A stretch of DNA of 62,946 nucleotides, filler included, from Craspedostauros australis (GCA_030167865.1; 13 parts of 13 records of this genome joined end to end with filler, not necessarily neighbours in it); one strand, 5' to 3'. Shown: positions 21,793 to 34,259, counted from the whole stretch's first letter. Notes: generated by a model from the letters alone, not told the origin. Translations and numbers: made by a program.

Positions 21793-22827
21793 TGTGACAG
21801 ACTGCAAGCCGTGGGCCTTGATCAATCTCTATCTCTTGTTGTTGTTGTTGTTGGAATGCTGGATGCACTTGGATGGCTGTTGTGGCAGAAGGCAGTAGGA
21901 CAGAGAGTTGGTGGATGCGAAGGTGTGGGTAGTAGTATGGTGCAGCGAGAAAAAGGCAACGCACATGATGAAACGGAACGAACCTGTTAGAGATGTGTAA
22001 ATCACATGACCATTCACATCCACAACACTCTCGACGACACAGCCAAACCCCGATGGCACCAACTCATTGCGAGCGACAATCAAAGGCAACACCAGCGTGT
22101 TCCCAAAAGAAGAAGGGAATCAATCATCCCATCGTCGCAGACGCGATTGTGCACATCATGTCGTAAAATTCAACGGACATTGCCGTGCGCAGCCCTCCGC
22201 GCTCATCGTGGCACCTGCATTCGCATCTCCAACACCGCACAGCAACTATGACAGCAACAGCAACGATCATTCCCATCTGGCCTTTCCTCACCTTCAGATG
22301 TGTTGTCGTTCGGAGCGCGATGTGATGTGGAGCTCTACTGCCTTCAACCCAAAATTGTGAGCAACAGCGCTCCGCTTTGCCTATCTTTGCGTTGTCTCTT
22401 TTGGGAGTTTTATTTTTGGATGCGTTTGCCTGTGTTACCTCCGTTTCAGCGAGGAGGCACTGCCGTTGAACGTGGTACAAATTCTACACGTTGAAGGGGT
22501 AGCAGATCTGGCTTTTAGTGACACGCTGATTTTCGCGGGGATGAGAAGCGCAGCAGCCGTAATCGCAAAAACATAGCTGTAGCCGCAGTACTATTTTTAC
22601 GTAGCGACTGTTGCACACATGATTTCGTTTTGGGTGGTGTGGCGCGCAATCGTGAACGAATCAGTCTTATGAAAGCCTACAAGATCGAAGGTAGACATTG
22701 TTCATGGTGAACGAAAACAACGCGTGAGTTCCCACGCAGTTCCGCTATGCAATTGCGTTCACAAACACAATCCTATTCATGGCATAGTACTCTGTTCCAC
22801 TTCGCTCACCCATCACTCATTTGAACA

Positions 22828-24434
22828 TTAGCCGCAGACGAAACTAATATCCGGATTCCACGTCATGACTGGTTCATCCGCCCTGGCTGTCAGTATTTCG
22901 CATCCGGTATCCGTGACGAGGACCATGTGCTCGAATTGCGCGCTGCGCTTGCCGTCCGTGGTGACGGCCGTCCAGTTGTCGTACCACGTCGTGTCGGCGG
23001 GCGTTCCGAGGTTGACCATGGGTTCGACCGTAAAAACGTGGCCGGCCTTCATGGTGCCCTTGGCCTTGTTCTTGTGGTAGTGCGGGATGTTGGGGACCGT
23101 GTGGAAGAGGGTGCCGATGCCGTGACCGCAGTACGTGCGGTTGACGCTGCAGCCGTTGGACACGGCCTTTTTGTGGATCGCTGTGCCCAGATCGCGGTAC
23201 AACGTGCCGGGCTTGACGAGGGCCAGGGCGGCAGCCAGGCATTCGAATGACGTCTGGATGAGCTTCTTTCCGTCCGCGTCGACCTTGCCCACACCGAAGG
23301 TCTCATTGAGATCGGCGTGGTAGCCGCCCAGGTTGTACGTGGTGATGTCGATGTTGACGATGTCGCCGTCCTCGATTTCTCTGTAGTCTGGAATGCCGTG
23401 ACAGATGACTTCGTTGACGCTGGTGCAGACGGATTTGGGGAAATTGTAGTAGTTGAGCGGCGAGGGATAGCACATGCGCTCCATGCAGGCCTCGTGGACG
23501 ACGCGATCGATCTCGTCCGTCGTGACGCCAGGTCGCAGCGCCTTGCCGGCAATGTCCAGCACCTCACGCCCCATCTTGCAGGAGTGGCGCATTCCGAATT
23601 CGCCGTCGAGCTCCTTCGAGGTGTAGATGCGGATGTTGTTGTGATACGATTTGTCCTTCTGCTCGCTCTCCGAAATGCCGGCGATGTGATCGGCATAATC
23701 TGGCTTTCGAATGCCAGGTTTCACTGCGCGCCGGGGGCTGTACAATGCCGGTCGCAGTGCGCCGGTGAAGGAGTAGGCCTGCGCCCAGTCGGGCAGCGAG
23801 AGCTTTTGCTCCTTGGATGCATCAGCAGGGCACGAGACACCGTCGCTAGGTGGTGTCTTTCTGTGTTGCGCGCTGCTCGTTTCAAACACATGGGAATGAG
23901 TATAGCATGGTATGGTATGGTTGTTGGTGGTGTTAGCGTTGTTAATGTTGTTGTTGATGGGCGAAGAAGACGGAAATTTGAGTAAAGATCGCACAACACA
24001 CGAGAATACGGAATGGAATGGATGGATCAAGCGTACGAGTATGACGAGAGATCATCAACCAACGCATCGCCACCAAACACCATCATGTAGTCGTATGTAT
24101 GCATGCTCAAGAAATCGATGCAACCTTGCAATGAAAGCATGCGGATGGAGTACTATACTCTGACACTCCATTCTTATGAACATCAACATCATCAACATCA
24201 ACATCATCACAATCATCATAACACTTGAGAAAGACCCTCGCAGACTTACCTCTGCGCAGCAATGATCTGCTTGGCCAAGGAATGCACCTGCTTGTGGCTG
24301 CCGTAGTTCTTCTTGAAGCAGTCCTGGCTGCAAAAGTAGGTGGGCTTGAGACCGAGCTGGACGCACTTGGGACATGCGAGGTTGCCAGTCACTGTCTGAG
24401 TACATCCTGGTGAAGCACAGTTTGCTTTTGCCAT
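22828..24434 (-). CDS. MAP1: Methionine aminopeptidase 1 with N-terminal C6H2 zinc finger; exons 24434-24250 and ~23860-22828
   Basis: Exon 1 [28 protein letters not shown]; exon 2 [51 protein letters not shown] donor at 24249 and phase-compatible CAG acceptors at 23861 or 23873. Confidence 0.94.
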
Positions 24435-25191
24435 CTTGTCTCGATTACGAATCTTATATAAAATGTTATACAATATTATAGAATATGATGTAATGTATTG
24501 GCAGAGTATTTGAATGTGCTTCTGGTGTTGGTATTGCTGGTCCTATCGATGGCGGTGGATGTGGTTGTGTGTTGTGATTGTATTTGTCATTGTGATTGCG
24601 AAGCGAGCAACAGCACCGTTCGATCACCATCGCCTCCACGAACTCCATCGTTCTCGCTCTTGTTCATCACGTCCAGTTGAGAAACAACTGCCGTCACGAT
24701 TGGTTGGCGGCAGTTCCATTGCGGTAGTGGCGAATCGCACGTTGTTGTGTCCATGTTCGTGTTTCTGTCGCGATCATGTTCTGTTGTTGGTATCAACCTT
24801 GTTTCAATCGTATGGGTCAAGTGGTTGTTGGAATGGTCGAAGTGATCGTGTGTATCCTCGACTCCACCGACTTCAACAGTTTCGCCAGAAACAACAACTG
24901 AAGTTCAACTTTGCGCGTGTCATCTTTTTGGATCCGATCACCGATCATCTCGCACCACATGGATCCTGCGTGTGGCATGCTTTGCTCTCGTGAGCCGTCC
25001 ATGCTCATTGAAAGGCAACAGCCGAGGAAAGATCCATTGCGCCGTCACAGCGGATAAAGCAACACCTGCTTCGTCCCTTGCTTTTGCAACAGATTAGGCC
25101 CCTGGCGTTGCATTTGAGGCAAACTGTTCACTACACTCTCGAGGGTGCGATCATGAAATCCAGCAACTACATCTGCAGCCACAAGAACAGC

Positions 25192-26730
25192 ATGAAGCCG
25201 CTGATTTGCTGCACCTTCTCGCTGCTATTCTGCACGGGACGTTCCTTCTCGTTGCAGGCGTCTGCATCGGATGTATCCAATGCAATTCCTGGCAGAGCAG
25301 CAGACGGCGATGCCACCATCTACGAATCTCTGCAATCGCAACCTCGAGATCTGCGATCCACGTTGGATTGGGCACAGCAGCATGGCGTGGTGTTCCACGA
25401 GAATTGGATGCAATTGACGCCCGTTGGCCATGCAGCGGATGAAGCGGAGGCCGTTGGTTGGGGATACTTCGCCGTGCAGGACATTCCAGCAAGGACCAAG
25501 ATCATGACGGTTCCGACTCAAGTGCACTTTGCATCGAGCAAAATATATCACGCCAATCGGCAAGAACAATCGTCAACATCAGCTGCAACAGAAGCAGTAG
25601 CATTCCAAACCGCCTACAAACACATCGCCAAGCACAAACTGCAAGATCAGATCCCCCAATTCATCATCTTCGTCGAACTGCTGCGTCACTTCCTGCGGGA
25701 CGCATCGATGTGGTCGCCGTGGCTCCAATCGCTGCCAAAAACATTCGACACGGCAACGTGCATGACCGAGGACGAGTTGGAGTGTTTGCCACCGCGCGCA
25801 TGGGCGTTGGCGTCGATCGAGATTCAGCATCTCAAGGTGTTTCGGTCGGCGTTGCAGCTGTTGCCCGATGCGGTGGTGCCGCGTACCAATCTGGATGACG
25901 AATTGATTCGATATGCGTTCAACGTCGTCTTCACGAGGTGCTGGAGTTATCCCAAACAATCGCAGCTGCTGCAGAATGCCACATTGGCTCTGCCGCACGA
26001 TCCGCACTTCGAACTCGATGATCTCGATTTGGTGCCCATGGGAGACATCTTCAATCACAACGTGCGCAACAATGCCGTTGTCACATACGACAGCACCAAC
26101 GGCGACGCCGTCTTCGTCACGACGCAACCAGTTCCGAAAGGTGCCCAACTCACCTTGTCGTACGGCGTCGACACCATCCCGTATCGTTGGTTGATCGTCT
26201 TCGGGTTCGTCGACACGGAACAGCCAGAGATCTACTGCGACTGGCTGGCCACGAACCCCACGCAACGCCATGTCGATGTGGGATACGACACGGAACGCAT
26301 GGTCTTCCGCACGAGCGACGGCGCCATCTCGCAGCCGGTGTGGGACGTCGTGCTCTACAGCATCCTGGAACAGGTGCCGCAGATTCAGGATCAATTCTAC
26401 GACGCTCTCGTCGTGCGCAAGGACGTGGCGATGCAGCAATATCTGCACCAGCGGTACATTATGGAGACCAGCATAATCCTGCGCAAGCATGTGGTACGGA
26501 CCTTGCAGGAACTGCAGCAGCAGGCCGATCGTATCGCGGCGCTGTTGTTGGAGGAGAACGACACTGCAAGGCAATCGCGCTTGCCATTGATCCAGACACA
26601 CGTCCAGTTTCTGCAAGCGACATACCGCAAGGTGAAGCTGCAGATCGATTTTCGGATGCAGACGGAATTGCAACGAAGGAAAGAGTCCCAACAGGACAAC
26701 GATGGTGACGGCAATGGCGATGAGCTGTAG
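25192..26730 (+). CDS. SET-domain protein lysine methyltransferase, Rubisco-LSMT-like, with N-terminal signal peptide (possibly plastid-targeted)
   Basis: GWGYFAVQDI, WSPWLQSLP, YAFNVVFTRCW, LVPMGDIFNH, GAQLTLSYG, IVFGFV; N-terminus MKPLICCTFSLLFCTGRS-F. Confidence 0.85.
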   Translation: MKPLICCTFSLLFCTGRSFSLQASASDVSNAIPGRAADGDATIYESLQSQPRDLRSTLDWAQQHGVVFHENWMQLTPVGHAADEAEAVGWGYFAVQDIPARTKIMTVPTQVHFASSKIYHANRQEQSSTSAATEAVAFQTAYKHIAKHKLQDQIPQFIIFVELLRHFLRDASMWSPWLQSLPKTFDTATCMTEDELECLPPRAWALASIEIQHLKVFRSALQLLPDAVVPRTNLDDELIRYAFNVVFTRCWSYPKQSQLLQNATLALPHDPHFELDDLDLVPMGDIFNHNVRNNAVVTYDSTNGDAVFVTTQPVPKGAQLTLSYGVDTIPYRWLIVFGFVDTEQPEIYCDWLATNPTQRHVDVGYDTERMVFRTSDGAISQPVWDVVLYSILEQVPQIQDQFYDALVVRKDVAMQQYLHQRYIMETSIILRKHVVRTLQELQQQADRIAALLLEENDTARQSRLPLIQTHVQFLQATYRKVKLQIDFRMQTELQRRKESQQDNDGDGNGDEL

Positions 26731-26841
26731 TATTATACTCTTTCTATTTTTCTCTATGTACCATTATATCATTTGTTCTTGTGTATGGTGCCTGCATTGG
26801 TGCTCCACCCACGCCATGCCACGCCATGCCATCCAAACCGT

Positions 26842-28959
26842 TCATCGCGACAACCGCAGCATCCAATACGCCGACGTCAAGGTCGTGATCAAGATCACAG
26901 CGAGCACGCCGACGTTGAACCAGTAGTCCGTGAAGATGCCTTCGTATCCCAAACTCTCGTAGACCAACTCGCCGGGCAGCGGACACAGATCGCTACCACC
27001 GATGGAGATGACGACGTCGACGTCCGTGGCGCATTCGATCTCGCGATCGCCGAATTCGTTGATGAGCAGCGCCGAGTATCCGTAGCGCGCGAATGACAGA
27101 TAGCTGGCCCATTGGATGCCATCGTGCATGCTGTTGAGGGGGATGTAGAATCCGCCCAGAATGAACATGAACAGCGTGAGGGTGGGTGCGATGATCAAAG
27201 CGATGGCCATGTTGGGGATCAAAATACTGAGCAGGAATCCCATGCTCTGCGCCGCGCTGAGCGTGAGGTAGTAGGCCAGAACGAATTTGAAAAAGTGCGG
27301 CGCCGTCAAGCGCAGTCCTGCGGCGAAGTAGACGACGATGCCGTAGAAGACGGGCAGGATGATGTTGTTGGTGAGATCGGATGCGATCTTGGCCAAGAAG
27401 AACGGCAGGACGCCGTAGAGTTTTTTGGCACGTTCGCGGCGCAGCAGGGCACGCTCGCGTTGGAAGACCTGAAGGCTGCCGACGACGATGGCATTGCCTT
27501 GCGCGATGAGGACGAAGAAGAGCAGCGAATTGCGCTCGTAGGTTGCCGAAGTGTCATCGCGGATCTGCCACCAGAAGAGGCAGGTGAGGAAGATGAAAGT
27601 GAACGTAAGGATGAGGGACACCGCCGTGAGCTTCTCGCCACGACGTTGCTTCATGGTGCGGGTCATGAGCAGCTGCAGCTGCAGCCAGAAGGACGCCTCG
27701 TACTTGACGGTGCTTGTTTTCAATTCCTCAAGAGTCGACAGCCGAGTCTGCAGGGGCTTGCCGCACTGCCCCGCAGACGTGTGTGAGGACGTCGGTGTGT
27801 GTTCCATGGAAGCGGACTTGATCATACCATCATGCTCCGCCGCATGCTGCCTCCACCGTTGCGCCAAGGCACTCACGGGCGCGACTTCCAACGACGACGA
27901 GGATTGCGTTGCTGCCTCCTCCATCTGATGCTTTCGCGTTTGTTCGTCCATCATCACCGTATCCATCATCCAATCGGCAATGCCCGTTTCCTCCGGCAGG
28001 GAGTCGACGGTCGGACACGATTCGAGGTAGGCGCGCGCCTGCTGCGCTGGTCCATCGTACAGGACGTGCCCCTTGCTCAGCAACAGCAGATGATCGAGAA
28101 GCTTGAAGATATCCGTGCGCGGTTGATGGATGACGACGGCGATGGCATGCCCCATGGTACAGGCCAGCTCTTTCAACGTCTTCATGAGATCCCTGGCCGT
28201 CGTGGCATCCAACCCCGATGTGGGTTCATCGAGCAGAAGCAATGACGGACGCGCCACTAATTCCGCTGCCACGGCCGTGCGCTTGCGCTCGCCGCCGCTG
28301 ATGCCGGGCACGTTGGCCAAGGCGGAACCGATGAGGTTGTCGCGGATGTGCAGCAATCCCAGCTCCTTCATCGTCTCCTGGATGAGCGTCTGCGTGAAGT
28401 CCTTGTCCTCCTGCGATGATGATGGCGTCTTGAGTTTTGCGGCAAACGTGATGGTCTCTTCGACGGTGAGATGCGACAGGAGCAGATCGTCCTGCCACAC
28501 CACACCGACCAGGCGCTTGGGCAATCGACCGATCTCGCCGTTGATGGTGATGACGCTTTCTGGCGTGAGATCGTTGACGGGGTCCTTCATCAATCCGGCG
28601 ACAACCGAAGTAAGGGACGTCTTTCCGCTGCCGCTGGGTCCCATCCATGCCGTGAGTTGATACGGTGACACCTTCGTCGTGATGTTGTGCAGCACGGTGG
28701 TGCGAGGACGTCCGCCTTCTTGCGGTTGCTGTTGGGATGATGTGTTGGAAGCCGCTGTGGGAGGTGCCGCCTTGCCGATGGCAGACGTGACAGGGCGGTA
28801 CGTGACATTCCTGAGATTGAGTTCGACGATGGGAATCTTGCGTGAGTCCTGCAACGTCATTGCGAGGGATGATTTGCGATTGCCGAAGGTTGCCGACTTG
28901 ATGGGCCCATGCGCGTTGCTGTCGTCATGAGCGACGTCTTCGATATCGTGGGAAGACAT
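26842..28959 (-). CDS. ABCG (White-family) half transporter
   Basis: Walker A GPSGSGKT, signature ISGGERKR, Walker B LLLLDEPTSGLD, IHQPR, followed by an ABC2 membrane domain; first ATG at 28959. Confidence 0.95.
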   Translation of the reverse strand: MSSHDIEDVAHDDSNAHGPIKSATFGNRKSSLAMTLQDSRKIPIVELNLRNVTYRPVTSAIGKAAPPTAASNTSSQQQPQEGGRPRTTVLHNITTKVSPYQLTAWMGPSGSGKTSLTSVVAGLMKDPVNDLTPESVITINGEIGRLPKRLVGVVWQDDLLLSHLTVEETITFAAKLKTPSSSQEDKDFTQTLIQETMKELGLLHIRDNLIGSALANVPGISGGERKRTAVAAELVARPSLLLLDEPTSGLDATTARDLMKTLKELACTMGHAIAVVIHQPRTDIFKLLDHLLLLSKGHVLYDGPAQQARAYLESCPTVDSLPEETGIADWMMDTVMMDEQTRKHQMEEAATQSSSSLEVAPVSALAQRWRQHAAEHDGMIKSASMEHTPTSSHTSAGQCGKPLQTRLSTLEELKTSTVKYEASFWLQLQLLMTRTMKQRRGEKLTAVSLILTFTFIFLTCLFWWQIRDDTSATYERNSLLFFVLIAQGNAIVVGSLQVFQRERALLRRERAKKLYGVLPFFLAKIASDLTNNIILPVFYGIVVYFAAGLRLTAPHFFKFVLAYYLTLSAAQSMGFLLSILIPNMAIALIIAPTLTLFMFILGGFYIPLNSMHDGIQWASYLSFARYGYSALLINEFGDREIECATDVDVVISIGGSDLCPLPGELVYESLGYEGIFTDYWFNVGVLAVILITTLTSAYWMLRLSR

Positions 28960-29159
28960 GGTGCTTGTGTGTGCTTGTATGCTCTGCTTGGATCTGTTCT
29001 GTTCTGTTCTGCACTCGCACTCGAGCTCCTTCTCTGCTCCGAAGTATTGGGACTCTGCTGTCTTCAATGACGTAGTTTTGGAAACGTTGAACAAGTGAAT
29101 TTGGCCTTGTTTGTGATTTTATGAGATCGAGGGTGGGCAGGTGTCAACGACCATGCGAT

Positions 29160-29191
29160 CGACCAATCGACCAATCGACCAATCGACCAAT
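29160..29191 (+). repeat. (CGACCAAT)x4 tandem repeat, possible CCAAT-box cluster in the divergent ABCG/FUSC intergenic region
   Basis: Directly visible ~200 bp upstream of the ABCG ATG; regulatory role is inference. Confidence 0.55.
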
Positions 29192-30524
29192 CTGTTGATG
29201 AACACGCAGAAGGGGTCTCACGAGAGTTCGCAGGAAGAGAGACGGATAGCGACCTCGGCGATGTTTGGAGCCTCCAACCAGAACGGGAAAGATCTGTTCT
29301 CCCAAGACGCTCTCTGGAGAGGGCCACAGCGGGGTGCGAAGTATCGCGGATTGATGTGAGGAATGGCCTGAAGGCTGATGTGAAGAATGATGTAGTTTGA
29401 TGTTCGTCGAAACTGAGGAACATCACGGCCGTTCGTCAGGTAGAGGTGATACTCTCTCTGCTTCTCGTAGCCGCAGGTTTGAACCCAAGGGGAGGTCTCC
29501 TATCGATTGCGAGGGTCACGTGGCCGCATCCAATCGTCCACCAACCAACCAACCCACCCATACGTCCATCCCTCCATCCTCATCGACCAATTGATCTCTC
29601 TCTGGTCCTGCGTCTGAGGTCTTTCCCTCTTCCTGTTCGAAATTGGAGCGTTCAATGAACATCCGTGACGATCCATGATCAGCACAAAACATGCGTATGC
29701 TTCGCTGTGTGCCTGAGCAGTTTCGGGGACACACGCGAACTCATGAACACGCCAAGAAGGCACACAAAAGCGCGAAATGAATCGTCGGAGTAGACGGAAC
29801 TCACGACGTCGACACTGTCCACGTCACCGTTGTCACCAAGTCGCCATCGTCACCGTGACGTAATTCCATTTATCGTACTCACGACATGACATTCTTTCGC
29901 TTCGCTTCTCATACGGTCCAATTGGTCGATCAATTCCTGTTCTTCTGTTGCATCCATGACTTGGAAGTTGATGCGCGCCAACGAAACCAAGGGAACAAAC
30001 ACCCAAAATGCAAACGTGGAGACACACCAACACACTTCGCGATGATCGCGTCTGTGATTGCAAATGAGAACACGGACGTGCCGCGTCATTCCACCTCTCT
30101 CTTCTCTTCTCTTCCCACGATCGTGTGTGTTTGGATTTCTCTCTTTGCTGTTCTCTCTTCTGTCCCGTCGGTTCTGTTTCGTCAGTTCAGTTTGTGTTGG
30201 CGAAAGTGCCAATGCTCTTGGAGAGGCTCACCACCATTGAAATCATGCAATGCAGCGATGCGATGTGGTGCTGTGCTGGCCAGACCCACAACAATCTTCA
30301 TTCCCTGACCAGCTCAAGACGATGAAGAACATCCATCCAGGGTTGTTGTGAAGCTTCATTCCACTCTAATGAAAGATGCAGAGCACACTGCTCGTGCCCA
30401 GCGCTGCTGTTTTCACCAACACATCAAACATCAACCACCACGCACAACACAGGACACACGACACTCACATCCAACAACTCCACGCGCACTCTCAGCACCC
30501 TCAGCACCCTCAACACTCGCAGAC

Positions 30525-33500
30525 ATGCCGCCATCTTCCACCATGACGCCACAACGACAACAGCATGAACAGCATCAACAGCAGCAGCGAAAGAGACCGA
30601 CGGCAATGAGCAGCACCTTGGAACAAGCGCCGCAACCGAATCGCGCCGCCTCGTTCTCAAAGTGCTTCGCTTCCGACGAAACGATGTCCACCAACGATGC
30701 CTACTCGTGGGATGATCTGACCACTCTTCCGCTTCGTGTTGATCCTTCCCAAAAGGACGAACCTCCCGACGATCGACGGAAGCACCATCTTCATCGAAGC
30801 GATCATGCTCATCATGCTCTTCGATGTTGGCAACGGCAACGACACTTCTCTCACGATGATGACGATTATCGTCGTGGACTTCCCAACCCCTGCAACTGCC
30901 TTCGCAGGATGCTGCAACGATCGCAGGATCATGGAGGCAACATGGCCCAACGGCTGGACATCGCGACGCGCACCACCATCGGCTGCGTGCTTCACTTCTC
31001 GCTCCTCGTCTTCACGCAGCCAGACGAGGTCCATCTCGGCGCGGTCTGGATCGGCAACATCTTCTTCCATGTCTGCCTCGGAACCAGCATGGGCGAATCC
31101 ATCATCATCAGCCGCGGTTTCGCCCGCAGCGTCCTCTTCACATCCTTCGCCAGCCTTCCATTCGGCATGCTCCTGCAGGACCTGCCACCCACGATGGCCA
31201 AGTCCATCCTGCCGATGCTCACCTTCGGACTCTCCTTCCTCATCATGTCCTGCCCCTGGCTCACCTACCGCAACCTCATGATCCTCGTCATGTACATCGT
31301 CGTCGCCGCGCCCGTGCGCAAACAAGTCGAATGGCACGTACCTTTGGGATACTGCGCATCCTACTTGATTGGCATCGCCATCGCCATCCTCATGAATGCC
31401 CTGCCGCGTCCCAACTTGGCGACCGACAAGCTGCACAAGCTCCTCACGCGGTACACCGACGACGTCACGCAGTGCCTCAACGAGGCCGACGCCTATACCT
31501 TTGCGGCTGGCAAATCCTCCACCATGGCCCGCGCAGCCGCGGCCGGCATCGAACTTCTCGTGGAACGATCCAGCGACACCCTCGAAGAGATGACCACCCT
31601 CCTGCCCAAGGCCGAACAGGAAAGCTGCAATCTCCACAAACTCAGACGGTGGATTGGATATCTGCAACGTCATCAGCAACCCAATCTCAAGCTCTTGCAG
31701 AATGCGTTGAAACAGCGGTTTCTGGGAGAAGCCATCGCTTCGCACGATCGCCACGCCCGCGCCATCCGCCGCATCCTCGCCAAGCATATGGAAGGATCGT
31801 ACTCGCAGCTGTTGGATGCCTTCTTGCAACAGGACTTTGCCAATACGCGCGGTTTGCAAACGCAGCTGGAACAGTGCGAGTGGCAGTTGGGCAATGCCGT
31901 GCATGAGGCCATGCAACTCGTGCTGACGCAGCACCATGGGTCCACGGAACGGACCATCCCGCAGATGGCGCATCTGATTCGGCGTATCACGTCGTTTCAT
32001 AGCGTCTTCTCGATGGTGCGAGGGTTTGTGTTGGAATATGGCAGCGACAGCGACGGCGATGCTGGATTAGATGTGACGCAGCGACAAGACGACAAGGAAA
32101 AGGAGACGGCCTCAGCCGCAGCTACCAACGGGAGGGATCACAACATGTTTGTCACGTTGAAGCACCAGCTGTCTGCAGTGATGCAGGTCACACATGCTTG
32201 GATCGCCAACACCGCTCATGCCTTCATCGCAACATGGTGGCAACCAGCTTGGCTTTGGCATGACCCGATGAAACGCCGACTGGCCGTCAAGACATCGGTC
32301 GGCATGATCCTCGCGAGCTTGTTCGTATCCGTGGATTACCTGTGGGACGTCTCGGCGCCCTTCGGATTCTGGCCTGGTCTGACGATCGCTTCCGTCAACC
32401 TCGTCAATCAAGGCAGCAGTTTTCACAAAGCGGCCGATCGACTGTTCGGAACCATCCTCGCCGCAGCCTACGCCATGCTCATTGTCGACCTGTTCCCTGG
32501 AAGCAACGACGCCATCACCATCGCATCCATCGGCGCATTCACCTTTGCCGCCGTCTACCTGCGCAACAAGGAGCATGCCTACAAGTACACCTACGCCGCC
32601 ACGAGCATCGGGTCCATGTCGTACGGTTCCGTCCAAAACGATGTCGATGTGTACGGATACGTCCCCAAACGGATCCAGCTTATCTTTGTCGGTGTGATGT
32701 TGTTTGCGATTGTGGAACTGCTGCTGTTCCCACGCAGCAGCCAAGTCATCGTGGAGGAGCAGATGATGAAGTTCTTCGTAACGATGGAAGATTTTGTCGA
32801 AGGGATTCGCGACTACGTTGCCGACATTGCAGAGACAGTGGGGCGGCACCCACAGCTGGATGATGACGTCGAACAACAAGACACGCAACGCAATAACGGT
32901 GACAGAAATGAAGACAGTGAGAGCGACAGCAATAGCGATAGCGATAGCGACGTGGTGGAGACGGAAAGCATCTCAGAACGACAAGGACAAACAGATGGAG
33001 GTGAACAACGTCAATCGGGCATGACGAGTGACACCTACTCGCGTTCCTTGCAAAAACTCAAAGCGATCACCGTGACGTTGAAGAAGGAGGTTCCATCAGC
33101 CTTGAAGGAACCGCAGCTTGGATGCTCGCATCAGCTGAAGTTCAGCCACATTTCGGGCTTCGTGCATCATTCGGAAGCCGCGTACGAGCAGGCCGTTGCT
33201 TTGACAAAGTCCCTGGAGGAGCTGTGGCAACACCATCCCGCCAGTCGAACGGAAGGGGATGCCGTGGAAGGAACATCATCGGCAACCACCACAATGACCA
33301 ATGCACACAGCCCCGCCCATCACTCCACCTGGCCGCTCCTTTACGCCAAGCTCCTGTCCAAGGTCTGGATCCAGCTGCGCATCTGCTGCAACAACTTGCG
33401 CGTCGCGTATCCCGATGCGCGGGTTCGCCCGCAGAATCAAAATGGATTGCAAGCCGTGGCATCGGCTGCCTCGTTCCGCGATTTGGATTCGATCCGCCTC

Positions 33501-33656
33501 GAGCTCGTGGCGATGCTGCAATCGGAACCGGATCTCCTGACGGTGGGCATGACGGTGTCGTCGCTGTTGGAACTGTGCCGCCACATCCAAAAGGCGGGCA
33601 AGAACTTGGAGGAGTACACCCGATCCTTTCCGTCGCAACCGATCGATGCGATGTAA
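30525..33656 (+). CDS. Multi-pass membrane protein, FUSC/aromatic-acid-exporter/ALMT-like (two TM bundles)
   Basis: Two hydrophobic clusters separated by a helical linker; second cluster RLAVKTSVG...WPGLTI...GSSFHKAADRLFGTIL...RIQLIFVG..LFPRSS resembles FUSC_2. Start codon uncertain (30369, 30525 or later). Confidence 0.72.
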   Translation: MPPSSTMTPQRQQHEQHQQQQRKRPTAMSSTLEQAPQPNRAASFSKCFASDETMSTNDAYSWDDLTTLPLRVDPSQKDEPPDDRRKHHLHRSDHAHHALRCWQRQRHFSHDDDDYRRGLPNPCNCLRRMLQRSQDHGGNMAQRLDIATRTTIGCVLHFSLLVFTQPDEVHLGAVWIGNIFFHVCLGTSMGESIIISRGFARSVLFTSFASLPFGMLLQDLPPTMAKSILPMLTFGLSFLIMSCPWLTYRNLMILVMYIVVAAPVRKQVEWHVPLGYCASYLIGIAIAILMNALPRPNLATDKLHKLLTRYTDDVTQCLNEADAYTFAAGKSSTMARAAAAGIELLVERSSDTLEEMTTLLPKAEQESCNLHKLRRWIGYLQRHQQPNLKLLQNALKQRFLGEAIASHDRHARAIRRILAKHMEGSYSQLLDAFLQQDFANTRGLQTQLEQCEWQLGNAVHEAMQLVLTQHHGSTERTIPQMAHLIRRITSFHSVFSMVRGFVLEYGSDSDGDAGLDVTQRQDDKEKETASAAATNGRDHNMFVTLKHQLSAVMQVTHAWIANTAHAFIATWWQPAWLWHDPMKRRLAVKTSVGMILASLFVSVDYLWDVSAPFGFWPGLTIASVNLVNQGSSFHKAADRLFGTILAAAYAMLIVDLFPGSNDAITIASIGAFTFAAVYLRNKEHAYKYTYAATSIGSMSYGSVQNDVDVYGYVPKRIQLIFVGVMLFAIVELLLFPRSSQVIVEEQMMKFFVTMEDFVEGIRDYVADIAETVGRHPQLDDDVEQQDTQRNNGDRNEDSESDSNSDSDSDVVETESISERQGQTDGGEQRQSGMTSDTYSRSLQKLKAITVTLKKEVPSALKEPQLGCSHQLKFSHISGFVHHSEAAYEQAVALTKSLEELWQHHPASRTEGDAVEGTSSATTTMTNAHSPAHHSTWPLLYAKLLSKVWIQLRICCNNLRVAYPDARVRPQNQNGLQAVASAASFRDLDSIRLELVAMLQSEPDLLTVGMTVSSLLELCRHIQKAGKNLEEYTRSFPSQPIDAM

Positions 33657-34259
33657 TGGTATTAGAGGATAGTCTTGAAATAAGATGTGACAGTGGGTAC
33701 AATAAAGTACAATAGATTAGAGTAGATTAGAGCATATTAGAGTAGAGTAAATTGTACTGCACTGGAGTTGAAGTATCTCCTCTGGCACGATGGGAGCTGT
33801 GGAACTCGACATTGAGGCCCAAGTAGTAGTTGTGAAACAAAGGCTAGACTACGCTAATATACACTCTATAAAAGGTACTGTGATAGATGTTGATTGATAG
33901 AAGTGCGTCAGATGCTGAGTCGAGTGATTCGAATGCCTCACTGTCTTTTGGCGCCATCCAGTCAGTCAGCACGAAAAAGACAGAAACAAGAATGGCATTT
34001 TGTGTTGAAAAATGTGGAAAACGTTGGTGAGTGAGAGGAACGACCAATAGCCAAAGAGAGATCGATCATCGATCCTTCTTCGCAATCATCACATCACATC
34101 ACATCGAACTTGAATGAGAGCGATTGTGAGGTTCTGCGTACGAGTGTGCGAGTGTAGGAGAGTACTTGTTCGGGGACGATCGATCAATCGATACTTGTCA
34201 AAGCACAAGAGGAGAGGCGTTGCCATCGCAAAGAAGAAGGAATCGCACTGCCCCACAAG

